Assembly: GCA_029258515.1 (NCBI GenBank)
Contig: JARHYK010000001.1
Span: forward strand, 68,450-132,449
Direction of reading: 5' to 3'
Length of the DNA: 64,000 nt
DNA from: Clostridia bacterium
Lineage (GTDB): Bacteria > Bacillota > Clostridia > TANB77 > CAG-508
Shown here piece after piece: positions 11,307-20,868 of the stretch. The position numbers were made by a program, and so were the translations under genes. Each line of letters begins with the position of its first letter. Position 1 is the stretch's first letter. The notes under the pieces were generated by a model. The model was not told the DNA's origin. It ran no database searches and saw nothing but the letters and a program-made list of their open reading frames with translations.

Positions 11307-12293
11307 ATGAAAGATATAATAACATTAGGGATAGAATCAAGTTGTGATGAAACATCAGTAGCAGTAATAAAAAATGGAAGAGAAATATTATCTAACATAA
11401 TAGATACACAAATACCAATACATGAAAAATATGGTGGTGTTGTGCCAGAAATAGCCTCTAGAAATCATATAGAGGCTATTTCTAGAGTAACAAAAAAAGC
11501 AATAAAAGATGCTAATATTTCACTGTTACAAATAGATGCAATAACTCCAACATATGGGCCAGGTTTAGTAGGAGCTCTATTAGTAGGACTATCATATGCA
11601 AAAGCATTAAGTTATGCGATAAAAAAACCATTAGTAGGAGTAAATCATATTCAAGGACATATAGCAGCAAATTATCTAACATATAAAGAATTAAAGCCAC
11701 CATTTATATGTGTAATGACATCAGGAGGAAATACTCAAATTGTAAAGGTAGAAGACTATACTAAATTTCAAGTACTAGGAAAAACGCGTGATGATGCAAT
11801 AGGAGAAGCATTTGATAAAGTAGCAAGAGTAGTAGGATTGGGATATCCAGGAGGACCAAAAGTAGATAAATTAGCTAAAGAAGGAAAACCAAATATAGAA
11901 TTGCCAAAAACTCATTTTGAAAATCTTGATTTTAGCTTTAGTGGAATAAAAACAGCGGTAATAAATTTGCATCATAAAAATCCAGATATAAATAGAGCAG
12001 ATTTATGTGCAAGTTTTCAAAAAACAGTAACAGAAATATTATTAGAAAACACAAAAAAGGCAATTAACCAAACAGGAATAAAAGTAATAGCATTAGCAGG
12101 AGGAGTATCAGCAAATAGTTATATTAGAAAAGAATTTTTAAAATTAGAAAAAGAAGATATAAAAGTATATATGCCAGACTTAAAACTATGTACAGACAAT
12201 GCCGCAATGATAGGATCAGCAGGCTATTATAACTATATTTCAGGAAAAAGAGATAATCTAGATCTAAATGCTGTACCAAACTTAAAACTATAA
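11307..12293 (+). CDS. tsaD: tRNA N6-adenosine threonylcarbamoyltransferase TsaD (Kae1/YgjD)
   Basis: [20 protein letters not shown]... and GVNHIQGH motifs. The start is preferred at 11307 (RBS AGAGGAAAAA) rather than the listed 11283. Confidence 0.9.
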   Translation: MKDIITLGIESSCDETSVAVIKNGREILSNIIDTQIPIHEKYGGVVPEIASRNHIEAISRVTKKAIKDANISLLQIDAITPTYGPGLVGALLVGLSYAKALSYAIKKPLVGVNHIQGHIAANYLTYKELKPPFICVMTSGGNTQIVKVEDYTKFQVLGKTRDDAIGEAFDKVARVVGLGYPGGPKVDKLAKEGKPNIELPKTHFENLDFSFSGIKTAVINLHHKNPDINRADLCASFQKTVTEILLENTKKAINQTGIKVIALAGGVSANSYIRKEFLKLEKEDIKVYMPDLKLCTDNAAMIGSAGYYNYISGKRDNLDLNAVPNLKL

Positions 12294-12315
12294 TAAAAAG
12301 AAGGTGAATTAAAAT

Positions 12316-13023
12316 ATGTCAATATATGCAATAGGAGATTTACATTTATCATTTAACGAAAACAAACCAATGGACATATTTGGAGAAAATTGGGTAAAAC
12401 ATGAAGAAAAAATAAAAAAAGATTGGTTAAAAAAAGTAAAACAAGAAGATTACGTCTTATTACCAGGAGACTTTTCGTGGTCAATGTATTTACAAAATTC
12501 TTATGCAGATTTTGAATATTTAAATTCACTGCCAGGAAAAAAGATTTTATTAAAAGGAAACCATGATTATTGGTGGACAACAGTTACAAAAATGAAAAAT
12601 TATCTAAAACAAAATAACTTTCAAAATATTGACTTTTTATACAATAACAGCTATGAAATAGAAGGAAATATAATAACAGGAACAAGAGGATGGGTACAAT
12701 CAAACGAGGAAGAAGATAAAAGATTAGTAAAAAGAGAACTAATAAGATTAGAACTATCGCTTCAAGAAGGTATAAAAAAATATGGAAAAGACAAACCAAT
12801 AATAGTAATAATGCACTTCCCACCACTTACAAAATACAATATTCAAAATAATATAAAATCAGAATTTATTAAATTAATGAAAAAATACAATGTAGAAAAA
12901 TGTATATATGGCCATTTACATGGAGCAGCTATAACAGAAGCAATACATGGAAATATTGATGGGATTGAATTACAATTAGTAAGTGCAGATTCATTAGATT
13001 TTAAATTGGCAAAAATAATATAA
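12316..13023 (+). CDS. Calcineurin-like metallophosphoesterase
   Basis: GDLHLS...GDFSW...GNHDYWW...HFPP...GHLH motif series. Confidence 0.7.
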   Translation: MSIYAIGDLHLSFNENKPMDIFGENWVKHEEKIKKDWLKKVKQEDYVLLPGDFSWSMYLQNSYADFEYLNSLPGKKILLKGNHDYWWTTVTKMKNYLKQNNFQNIDFLYNNSYEIEGNIITGTRGWVQSNEEEDKRLVKRELIRLELSLQEGIKKYGKDKPIIVIMHFPPLTKYNIQNNIKSEFIKLMKKYNVEKCIYGHLHGAAITEAIHGNIDGIELQLVSADSLDFKLAKII

Positions 13024-13033
13024 GGAGAAACAA

Positions 13034-15085
13034 ATGCTAGATTTAAAAAAAGATGTAAAATACATAAAAGGAGTAGGACCAAATAGAGTAACATTACTTA
13101 ATAAATTAGGTATATTTACATTAGAAGATTTAATTTCATATTATCCACGAACATATGAAGATAGGAGTAAGCCTAAAACATTGTCAGAATGCGAAGATGG
13201 TTCAGAAAACTTAATAGAAGTGTTAGTAACAAGTAAAATTTTAGAAACAAGATATGGAAGAAAGACAATGCAAAAAGTAATGATAAGAGACGAAAGCACA
13301 GTAGCAGAAGCAATATGGTTTAATCAATCATATCTTAAAACTAAAATAATAGAAGGCAAAAAATATCGTATGTATGGAAAAATAAGCAAAAAATATGGTA
13401 GAATTCAAATATCTTCACCAGTATATGATGAATATGGAACAACTAAAAATACAGGAAGAATTATACCAATATATCCATTAACATATAATTTAACACAAAA
13501 TACATTAAGAAAAATAATGGAGAATGCAGTTAAAGAAGTATATGGTAATATTGGAGAAACTTTACCTGAATATTTAATAAAAAAGAGTTTGTTACAAAAT
13601 ATAAACGAAGCAATAAAAAATATACACTTTCCAAAAGATTTGAAAGAATTTGAAATAGCAAGAAGAAGATTAGTTTTTGAAGAACTATTAATTACTCAAC
13701 TAGCGTTACTAGCTCTAAAAAATAGAAATATATCAGAAGAAAAAGGAATACAGTTTAGTAAAGAATATAAAATAGAAGAAATGATGAAAAGATTTCCATT
13801 TGAACTAACAAATGCACAAAAAAGAGTCTTAAATGAAATTGAAGAAGATATGGAAAAACCTCAAACAATGAATAGATTATTACAAGGGGACGTTGGTTCA
13901 GGGAAAACAGCAGTTGCTATGTGTTCAGCATATAAAGCAGTAAGAAGCGGTTATCAAGCAGCAATAATGGCACCAACAGCAATACTTGCAACTCAACATT
14001 TAGAAAATTTTAATAAGATGTTAGAAGAACTAGGAATAAGATGTGAACTATTAATATCAGGCATTACTAAAAAGAAAAAAGAAGAACTATTAGAAAAATT
14101 AAAAATAGGTGAAATTGATATTTTAATAGGAACCCATGCAATATTAGAAGATAATGTAGAATTTAAAAATCTAGGATTAGTAGTAACAGATGAACAGCAT
14201 AGATTTGGGGTAAAACAAAGAAATAAGATAATAAAAAAAGGAAATAACCCAGATGTATTAGTAATGTCAGCAACACCAATTCCAAGAACATTAGCTTTAA
14301 TACTATATGGAGATTTAGACATTTCAATAATAGATGAATTACCACCAAATAGAAAAAAGATAGAAACATTTGCAGTAACAAAAAGTATGACTGAAAGAGT
14401 AGATAATTTTATAAAAAAACAAATTGAACAAGGAAGGCAAGCATATATAGTATGTCCATTAGTAGAAGAAGGAGAAGATAATTCTTTAAAATCAGTTATA
14501 GAATTAACTGAAAAATATCAAAAAGAAATATTTCCTGAATACAAAATTGAATATTTACATGGGAAAATGAGGCCAAAAGAAAAAGATGAAATAATGCTAA
14601 GATTTAAAAATCATGAAATAGATATTCTAATCTCAACAACAGTAATAGAAGTAGGAGTAGATGTTCCAAATGCTAATATAATGGTAATAGAAGATGCACA
14701 AAGATTTGGATTAGCACAACTTCATCAATTACGTGGAAGAGTAGGAAGAGGAGAATATCAATCATATTGTATTTTAAAATACGAGGGAAATAGCGAAAAT
14801 ACAAGAAAAAGAATGAAAGTAATGTGTGATACAAATAATGGCTTCATAATATCTGAAAAAGACTTAGAATTAAGAGGAAGTGGAGATTTCTTTGGAACAA
14901 TGCAACATGGACTTCCAGAATTCAAAATTGCTAATTTATTTGAAGATATGAATATATTGCAAGTAGTACAAAAAGTAGCTAAAAATATAATTGAGAAAGA
15001 TACAAAACTAGAAAAAGAAGAAAATATAAAATTAAGAAACATCGTAGAGAAAAAATTAGAAATAATTGAGAAAGGTAGTTTATAA
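13034..15085 (+). CDS. recG: ATP-dependent DNA helicase RecG
   Basis: Wedge domain. Helicase motifs GDVGSGKT, DEQHRFG, QLHQLRGRVGRG. 683 aa. Confidence 0.95.
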   Translation: MLDLKKDVKYIKGVGPNRVTLLNKLGIFTLEDLISYYPRTYEDRSKPKTLSECEDGSENLIEVLVTSKILETRYGRKTMQKVMIRDESTVAEAIWFNQSYLKTKIIEGKKYRMYGKISKKYGRIQISSPVYDEYGTTKNTGRIIPIYPLTYNLTQNTLRKIMENAVKEVYGNIGETLPEYLIKKSLLQNINEAIKNIHFPKDLKEFEIARRRLVFEELLITQLALLALKNRNISEEKGIQFSKEYKIEEMMKRFPFELTNAQKRVLNEIEEDMEKPQTMNRLLQGDVGSGKTAVAMCSAYKAVRSGYQAAIMAPTAILATQHLENFNKMLEELGIRCELLISGITKKKKEELLEKLKIGEIDILIGTHAILEDNVEFKNLGLVVTDEQHRFGVKQRNKIIKKGNNPDVLVMSATPIPRTLALILYGDLDISIIDELPPNRKKIETFAVTKSMTERVDNFIKKQIEQGRQAYIVCPLVEEGEDNSLKSVIELTEKYQKEIFPEYKIEYLHGKMRPKEKDEIMLRFKNHEIDILISTTVIEVGVDVPNANIMVIEDAQRFGLAQLHQLRGRVGRGEYQSYCILKYEGNSENTRKRMKVMCDTNNGFIISEKDLELRGSGDFFGTMQHGLPEFKIANLFEDMNILQVVQKVAKNIIEKDTKLEKEENIKLRNIVEKKLEIIEKGSL

Positions 15086-15103
15086 TAAAAGGAAGTATGT
15101 GAA

Positions 15104-15295
15104 ATGTTAAAATTAGTAGTAAAGTTAATATGTATAACAATAATAGCACTAGGAGTTATTTGCATCTTTGATGCACGTAGCATAACAAATAAATTTTTTA
15201 GTTTTGGAGATCAAAATGAAGGTGCAAGTGGATTAAAAATAACAGGTTTTATTATTTCGATAATAGGAGGAATAATTTTAATGTTTTTTAAATAG
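15104..15295 (+). CDS. Small two-TM membrane protein
   Basis: 63 aa, RBS AAAGGAAG, two hydrophobic helices. Confidence 0.45.
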   Translation: MLKLVVKLICITIIALGVICIFDARSITNKFFSFGDQNEGASGLKITGFIISIIGGIILMFFK

Positions 15296-15319
15296 AATAT
15301 AGAAAAATTCAAAAATTAC

Positions 15320-15349
15320 TTGACATTACAAATATAAATATGTTATTAT
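15320..15349 (+). promoter_or_regulatory. Sigma-A type promoter for tRNA-Leu
   Basis: TTGACA (15320-15325), 18-nt spacer, TATTAT (15344-15349). Flanked by the inverted repeat ttacttgaca / tgtcaagtaa. Confidence 0.4.
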
Positions 15350-15369
15350 ATAAATTGTCAAGTAAATAT

Positions 15370-15453
15370 GCGGATGTGGCGGAACTGGTAGACGCGCTGG
15401 TCTTAGGAACCAGTGCCAAAAGCGTGGGGGTTCGAGTCCCTTCATCCGCACCA
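15370..15453 (+). tRNA. tRNA-Leu, anticodon UAG (type II, long variable arm)
   Basis: Acceptor stem gcggatg/catccgc. Anticodon loop cuUAGga. Long variable arm. T-arm gggttcgagtccc. 3' CCA encoded. Confidence 0.9.
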
Positions 15454-15498
15454 AAGTAAGAAAAGCAGAGATTTAAACACTCTGCTTTTTATATGTTT

Positions 15499-15800
15499 TT
15501 AATGCAATTTTAATGCAACCCAATCAAAATACTCAGTTAATTTGAAATCTTCTTGTCCTTCAAATTTATCAAATACACTAGCATAAGTATCTAATGTTGT
15601 TTGTATATTCTTATGTCCCAACTTTTTTTGTAATACTTTTATATTCATTCCAGCTTCTATACACCTAGTTGCATAAGTATGTCTTAGAACATGTGGATGA
15701 ATACGATCAGTAATGCAATTAGTTGCATTAAATTTTTCTAAAAATCTAGCTAAAGTACGGGGAGTAATGCTAGGAAATATAAAAGTATCTGTTTTAGGAA
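15499..15800 (-). pseudogene. Tyrosine recombinase/phage integrase remnant; only the C-terminal catalytic part is retained
   Basis: Minus-strand translation ...[71 protein letters not shown]...* carries HxxR and the catalytic Y region. No N-terminal domain and no start codon. It directly follows the tRNA 3' end. Confidence 0.7.
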
Positions 15801-15916
15801 GATTTGTTAATATTTTTTGTATAATTGGAGTAATTACAATAAAGGCTAAAGAATTGATTATAGAAAAAGTGATTAAAGCATAAAAAACGATAAAAGAGGT
15901 AAATTGATTTTATTGA

Positions 15917-16315
15917 AGGGGAAGCAGGAACTGGAATAAGAGAGAAGAAAAACATCATGAAGCAAGATTAAGGATGACACAAGCAAATTACAACAATATG
16001 AAAAAACATAAAGGAATAGGAGTAAATGAAGTAGGAACAACATTTTCATTTTGCGCACCATATGGAGATGGAAAAAATGAACAACAATGGGGATGGTTTA
16101 GAACACTACAACAAGCAATGTCAGGAACACAAGAATATGGAAAAACATGGGATAATGATTTAGTATTAATAGGAAATAGTGATTATACATTTGTTGTACG
16201 TGGTGGTGATTGCTTTAGTGGCTCTAATGTGGGAGTCTTGTATTCACACGTTACTAATGGCTTTAACTACCACACATATGGATTTCGAGCAGTGTTGGTT
16301 GGGGTTAGTACTTAA
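15917..16315 (+). pseudogene. Orphan 3' cassette encoding the C-terminal ~130 aa of an FGE-sulfatase-like domain, with no start codon or N-terminus. It is a paralog of the 3' end of 20869..22587.
   Basis: About 90% nt identity over the first ~130 nt to 22205..22340 (WNKREEKH...YNNMKKHKGIGVNEVGTTFSF), then a divergent tail ending RGG...GFRAVLV (FGE C-terminal signature). The homology breaks abruptly at ~15920. Confidence 0.6.
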
Positions 16316-16438
16316 AAATATTAAAACAAAACTGCGTAAGTTTTAGTTGGTATATAAACTTTTATATTTGAGCAGATATATTAATTTGTGTTAAATTAAA
16401 AACCTAATTATGATATTTTGTTTATCATAATTAGGTTT

Positions 16439-17071
16439 TTAATTTCGATTTAACTTAATTATATTTCCACTTTTTTCAATAACTCCATCATCCTTTAAGA
16501 GTTTTAATTCTCTCATCATTGCACTTCTATCAATGCTTAGATAATCAGCTAAGTCTGTTAAAGAAAGAGGAAGTTCAAAGGTAGTATTTAAATTTCTAGT
16601 AGAGATTAAAGAAAAATATTCTAATAGCTTATCTCTAATAGATCTTTTAGTAAGTAATTCTATTCTAGTATTAAGTTCAGTAACTTTATTTAATATTAAT
16701 TTCGGAAGCTTTTCTGACAAATTTTGATGAAATTTACAATTGTTTTTACATTTTTGAAATGTTTCGTCATAAATATAGAAGAGAACTTCACAATTAGATC
16801 TTGCTTCGACTAATAATTCATTATTAATAGTTATATTATAAAAAACTTCACCAAATAGAGAATTTTTTGAGAAATGTTGCACTATAGTTCTATTTCCGTT
16901 TAAATCATATCTTACTAAATCAGCTGTTCCAGATACTAATATACATAATTGATTGCGCTTTTGAATGTAAGAGGTAATTGTTTCATTCTTTGAAAAAGAT
17001 TTTACTTGAACTTTGTTACATTTTGTAGAAAAATCATAGATGAAATCTTCTATGCTAAAACTAGTATTCAT
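16439..17071 (-). CDS. Crp/Fnr family transcriptional regulator
   Basis: cNMP-binding beta-barrel plus a C-terminal HTH (LSLTDLADYLSIDRSAMMRELKLLKDDGVI). Start ATG at 17071 with RBS AAAGGAGTGG. The listed 317-aa ORF is an unsupported N-terminal extension. Confidence 0.8.
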   Translation of the reverse strand: MNTSFSIEDFIYDFSTKCNKVQVKSFSKNETITSYIQKRNQLCILVSGTADLVRYDLNGNRTIVQHFSKNSLFGEVFYNITINNELLVEARSNCEVLFYIYDETFQKCKNNCKFHQNLSEKLPKLILNKVTELNTRIELLTKRSIRDKLLEYFSLISTRNLNTTFELPLSLTDLADYLSIDRSAMMRELKLLKDDGVIEKSGNIIKLNRN

Positions 17072-17145
17072 GAACACCACTCCTTTATTATATATAAACA
17101 TTATACAGTAAAAAAAGATAAAAAACAATAAAATGTTGAAAATAT

Positions 17146-17189
17146 CATTGTAACATAATTGTAATATTTTTGTAACACAATTGTAATAT
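17146..17189 (+). repeat. 4 x 11-bp tandem direct repeat (cATTGTAACAt / aATTGTAATAt) in the crp-nrdD divergent intergenic region
   Basis: Copies start at 17146, 17157, 17168 and 17179 with exact 11-bp periodicity. The reverse complement ATATTACAATT is identical to the repeat unit at 26445..26477. Confidence 0.7.
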
Positions 17190-17311
17190 AGCTCAAAACC
17201 CATCAAAATATAGTGATATAGAAAATGATAAATAATTTGTTGCTTTTGCAACAGAAAAACTATAAATTTGATATATAATATGAATATACTTTTTAAGGGA
17301 GGAAATGTAAA

Positions 17312-19438
17312 ATGAAAGTTATTAAAAGAGATGGAAGAGCTGTAGATTATGATAGGGCAAAAATTCAAGTGGCAATTGAAAAAGCAAATCAAGAAGTAAA
17401 ACCTAGAGAAAGAGCATCAAAGGAAGAAATAAAAAGAATTATTCAAACTATAGAAGAGATGAATAAAAAAAGAATGCTAGTAGAAGATATACAAGATATT
17501 ATAGAAGAAAAGTTAATGGAAATAGAAAAATATGAATTAGCTAAAAAATATATAGTATATAGATATACAAGAGCATTAGTAAGAAAACAAAATACGACTG
17601 ATGAAACAATATTAGGAATAATAAGAAATGATAATAAAGAACTAGCAGAAGAAAATTCTAATAAAAACACAATGCTTGCATCAACACAAAGAGATTATAT
17701 AGCAGGTGAAGTGTCTAGAGATTTAACAAAAAGATTATTGTTGCCTGAAAAAATAGCAAAAGCCGATGCAGAAGGAATTTTACATTTTCACGATGCGGAT
17801 TATTTTGTACAACCAATATTTAATTGTTGCTTAGTAAATATTGAAGATATGCTAGATAATGGAACTGTAATGAATGGAAAAATGATAGAAAGTCCAAAAA
17901 GTTTTCAAGTTGCTTGTACAGTAACAACACAAGTTATTGCAGCAGTGGCAAGTAATCAATATGGAGGACAATCAGTAGATTTAATTCATTTAGGAAAATA
18001 TTTAAGAAAAAGTTATGAAAAATTCAAAAAAGAAATTGAACAAAAATATAAAGAAAAATTGTCAAAAGAAACAATAGAAGATTTGGTTCAAGATAGATTA
18101 AAAACTGAATTAAAAGCTGGAGTACAAACTATTCAATATCAAATAAATACATTAATGACAACAAATGGACAATCTCCATTCGTAACATTATTTTTACACT
18201 TAGAAGAAAATGACCCATATATAAAAGAAAATGCAATGATAATAGAAGAAGTATTAAGACAAAGATATGAGGGAATAAAAAATGAAGCAGGAATATATGT
18301 AACACCAGCATTTCCAAAACTTGTATATGTTTTAGATGAATTCAATAGTTTAAAAGGCGGAGAATATGATTATTTAACAAAACTTGCAGTTAAATGTTCA
18401 GCTAAAAGAATGTATCCAGATTATATATCAGCTAAAAAAATGAAAGAAAATTATGAAGGAAATGTATTTAGCCCAATGGGATGTAGAAGTTTCTTATCTC
18501 CATGGAAAGATGAAAATGGCGAATATAAATTTGAAGGAAGATTCAACCAAGGAGTGGTAAGTATTAATTTACCACAAGTAGCAATAATTGCAGATGGAGA
18601 TGAAAAAAAATTCTGGGATTTATTAGAAGAAAGATTAGAATTATGTAAGGAAGCTTTAATGTGTAGACATTATGCATTGTTAGGGACACATTCAGATATA
18701 AGTCCAATTCATTGGCAATATGGCGCAATAGCACGCCTTAAAAAAGGTGAAAAAATAGATAAATTGTTATATGGAGGATATTCTACGATGTCATTAGGCT
18801 ATATAGGAATATATGAAACGACAAAGTTAATGACAGGAGTATCTCATACAGATCCAAAAGGACATGAATTTGCAATAAGAATAATGAAATGTTTAAGAAA
18901 AGCAACAGATAAATGGAAAGAAGAAACAAATATTGGATTTGCATTATATGGAACACCAGCAGAAAGTCTATGCTATAAATTTGCAAGAATTGATAAAGAA
19001 AAATTTGGAACAATTAAAGATGTAACTGATAAAGGATATTATACAAATTCTTATCACGTAGATGTTAGAGAAAAAATAGATGCATTTGAAAAGTTATCAT
19101 TCGAAAGTGAGTTCCAAAAAATATCATCAGGTGGAGCTATATCATATATAGAAATACCAAATATGCAAAACAATATAGAAGCCTTAGAAACAGCAGTGAA
19201 GTTTATTTATGATAATATACAATATGCAGAATTTAATACAAAATCAGATTTTTGCCATGAGTGTGGATTTGATGGAGAAATTATAATAAATAAAGATAAT
19301 GAATGGGAATGCCCAAACTGTGGAAATAAAGATCGTTCAAAAATGACGGTAGTAAGAAGAACATGTGGATATTTAGGAGAAAATTTTTGGAATGCAGGAA
19401 AAACTAAAGAAATAAAACAAAGAGTAATGCATTTGTAG
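17312..19438 (+). CDS. nrdD: Anaerobic ribonucleoside-triphosphate reductase (class III RNR)
   Basis: ATP-cone N-terminus. Glycyl-radical C-terminus RTCGYLG. Zn ribbon CxxC...CxxC. Confidence 0.95.
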   Translation: MKVIKRDGRAVDYDRAKIQVAIEKANQEVKPRERASKEEIKRIIQTIEEMNKKRMLVEDIQDIIEEKLMEIEKYELAKKYIVYRYTRALVRKQNTTDETILGIIRNDNKELAEENSNKNTMLASTQRDYIAGEVSRDLTKRLLLPEKIAKADAEGILHFHDADYFVQPIFNCCLVNIEDMLDNGTVMNGKMIESPKSFQVACTVTTQVIAAVASNQYGGQSVDLIHLGKYLRKSYEKFKKEIEQKYKEKLSKETIEDLVQDRLKTELKAGVQTIQYQINTLMTTNGQSPFVTLFLHLEENDPYIKENAMIIEEVLRQRYEGIKNEAGIYVTPAFPKLVYVLDEFNSLKGGEYDYLTKLAVKCSAKRMYPDYISAKKMKENYEGNVFSPMGCRSFLSPWKDENGEYKFEGRFNQGVVSINLPQVAIIADGDEKKFWDLLEERLELCKEALMCRHYALLGTHSDISPIHWQYGAIARLKKGEKIDKLLYGGYSTMSLGYIGIYETTKLMTGVSHTDPKGHEFAIRIMKCLRKATDKWKEETNIGFALYGTPAESLCYKFARIDKEKFGTIKDVTDKGYYTNSYHVDVREKIDAFEKLSFESEFQKISSGGAISYIEIPNMQNNIEALETAVKFIYDNIQYAEFNTKSDFCHECGFDGEIIINKDNEWECPNCGNKDRSKMTVVRRTCGYLGENFWNAGKTKEIKQRVMHL

Positions 19439-19478
19439 AAAGAAGTATCTCCTCTTTCTACAACGAAAGGAGCAAGTT

Positions 19479-20003
19479 ATGAATTATGCAGATATAAAAA
19501 AAGTAGATGTCGCAAATGGTGAAGGAGTAAGAGTATCAGTTTTTGTTAGTGGGTGTAATCATCATTGTAAAGGATGTTTTAATCAATGCGCTTGGGATTT
19601 TAATTATGGAAATAAATTTACAGATGAAGAAATTGATAAAGTTATAAATTATCTTGACCATGATTATATATCAGGACTTTCATTATTAGGAGGAGAACCA
19701 CTTGAAAAACAAAACCAAGAAGGATTACTACCACTTGTAAAAAAAGTAAAAGAAAAATTTCCAAATAAAAACATATGGTGTTATACAGGATTTGATTTTG
19801 AAAAAGATGTAGTAGGAAAGATGGCATCAAACAATGAAACAACAAAAGAATTATTAAAATATTTAGATGTTGTAGTTGATGGGAAATTTGAAGAAGATAA
19901 AAAAGACTTAAAGCTTAAATTCAGAGGTTCATCAAATCAAAGAATATTGGACGTTCAAGAGACTTTGAAAGAAAATCAACTTGTAAATTATACTTTGAGA
20001 TAA
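19479..20003 (+). CDS. nrdG: Anaerobic RNR activating protein (radical SAM)
   Basis: CNHHCKGC radical-SAM cluster motif. 174 aa. Directly downstream of nrdD. Confidence 0.9.
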   Translation: MNYADIKKVDVANGEGVRVSVFVSGCNHHCKGCFNQCAWDFNYGNKFTDEEIDKVINYLDHDYISGLSLLGGEPLEKQNQEGLLPLVKKVKEKFPNKNIWCYTGFDFEKDVVGKMASNNETTKELLKYLDVVVDGKFEEDKKDLKLKFRGSSNQRILDVQETLKENQLVNYTLR

Positions 20004-20180
20004 ACTAATTATCAAGTAAAAATATAGGAAAACATAGCGTGATTTGTAAACTTAAAAAAAGAAATAGAAAAAATTTTAGATGAAATTGAATTATCAAAAA
20101 AGATAAGAATAAAGTTGAAGCATGCTGTTTAAATAAACAAGCAACAGTTTTAATTTATAACCTGAAAGCAAAAGACTTTA

Positions 20181-20208
20181 AAAAAGCACTTTATCAAAAG
20201 TGCTTTTT
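20181..20208 (+). terminator. Rho-independent terminator after nrdDG
   Basis: aaaagcactt-tatca-aagtgctttt plus a T-run. Confidence 0.6.
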
Positions 20209-20289
20209 GTGCTAGAAAGGATTACAATATAAATTGCTAGTCGAAAAATATAAAAAATAACAATATGAGTTAGATTAGGTAACAAGCTA

Positions 20290-20790
20290 TTTGATAAAAA
20301 CAGTGAATGGGAAGCTGTAGTATATTTATGTTATAGTCAGTATGAAAATAAAAGTTATTGGTATGATTTATATAAAGGACAAGGAACTAAAACGAAACAG
20401 ACGAAGGAGCGTATAATAGAACAGATAATAGTCATGATCAGAATACTGAAAATGGAAATTTAAATTGGAAATATGAAAGTTTATGGGATATATATGAAGT
20501 AAGTGAAGAAGAAAAAACAAATAAAATAAAACTAAAAGATGGAACAATATTAACTCAAAATGAATTATGGGACTGGAATAAGAGAGAAGAAAAACATCAT
20601 GAAGCAAGGTTAAGGAAGACAGAGGCAAATTACAACAATATGAAAAAACATAAAGGAATAGGAGTAAACGAAGTAAGAACAACATTTTTATTTTATGCAC
20701 AATATTCATCAGGAACAGAAAAACAATAGTCAATTATGGGAATGGTTTATTAAAGCAGTAAAATCTATTTACAAAAATTAAATATAAAGA
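20290..20790 (+). pseudogene. Degraded partial copy of the FGE-like gene (20869..22587), with internal deletions and frameshifts
   Basis: Nucleotide blocks match 21745..21940 and 22110..22340 of the intact gene (e.g. gaatgggaagctgtagtatatttatgttatag, ...ggactggaataagagagaagaaaaacatcatgaagca...aacaatatgaaaaaacataaaggaataggagtaaa). Reading frame broken. Confidence 0.55.
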
Positions 20791-20868
20791 TATAATCAAT
20801 ATGATAAATATTGATACTTTATAAAATAAAAAATAATCAATAAAAAGCAAAAGAAAGGAAAGATAAAG

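Noticed and set aside
15873-16061. Minus-strand 62-aa ORF overlapping the orphan cassette.
   Set aside because: Antisense artefact of the cassette. No RBS.
17190-17311. NrdR box upstream of nrdD.
   Set aside because: No convincing match to the 16-bp NrdR palindrome. Only a short palindrome tgttgcttttgcaaca (17237-17254) of unknown significance.
17072-17392. N-terminal 107-aa extension of the Crp/Fnr regulator ORF (listed 16439..17392).
   Set aside because: The extension has junk composition and overlaps the nrdD promoter and start. A good RBS and ATG exist at 17071, giving a normal ~210-aa Crp/Fnr protein.
20004-20180. Short open frame LKKEIEKILDEIELSKKIRIKLKHAV between nrdG and its terminator as a possible small gene.
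   Set aside because: No start codon or RBS. It looks like a remnant and has insufficient support.
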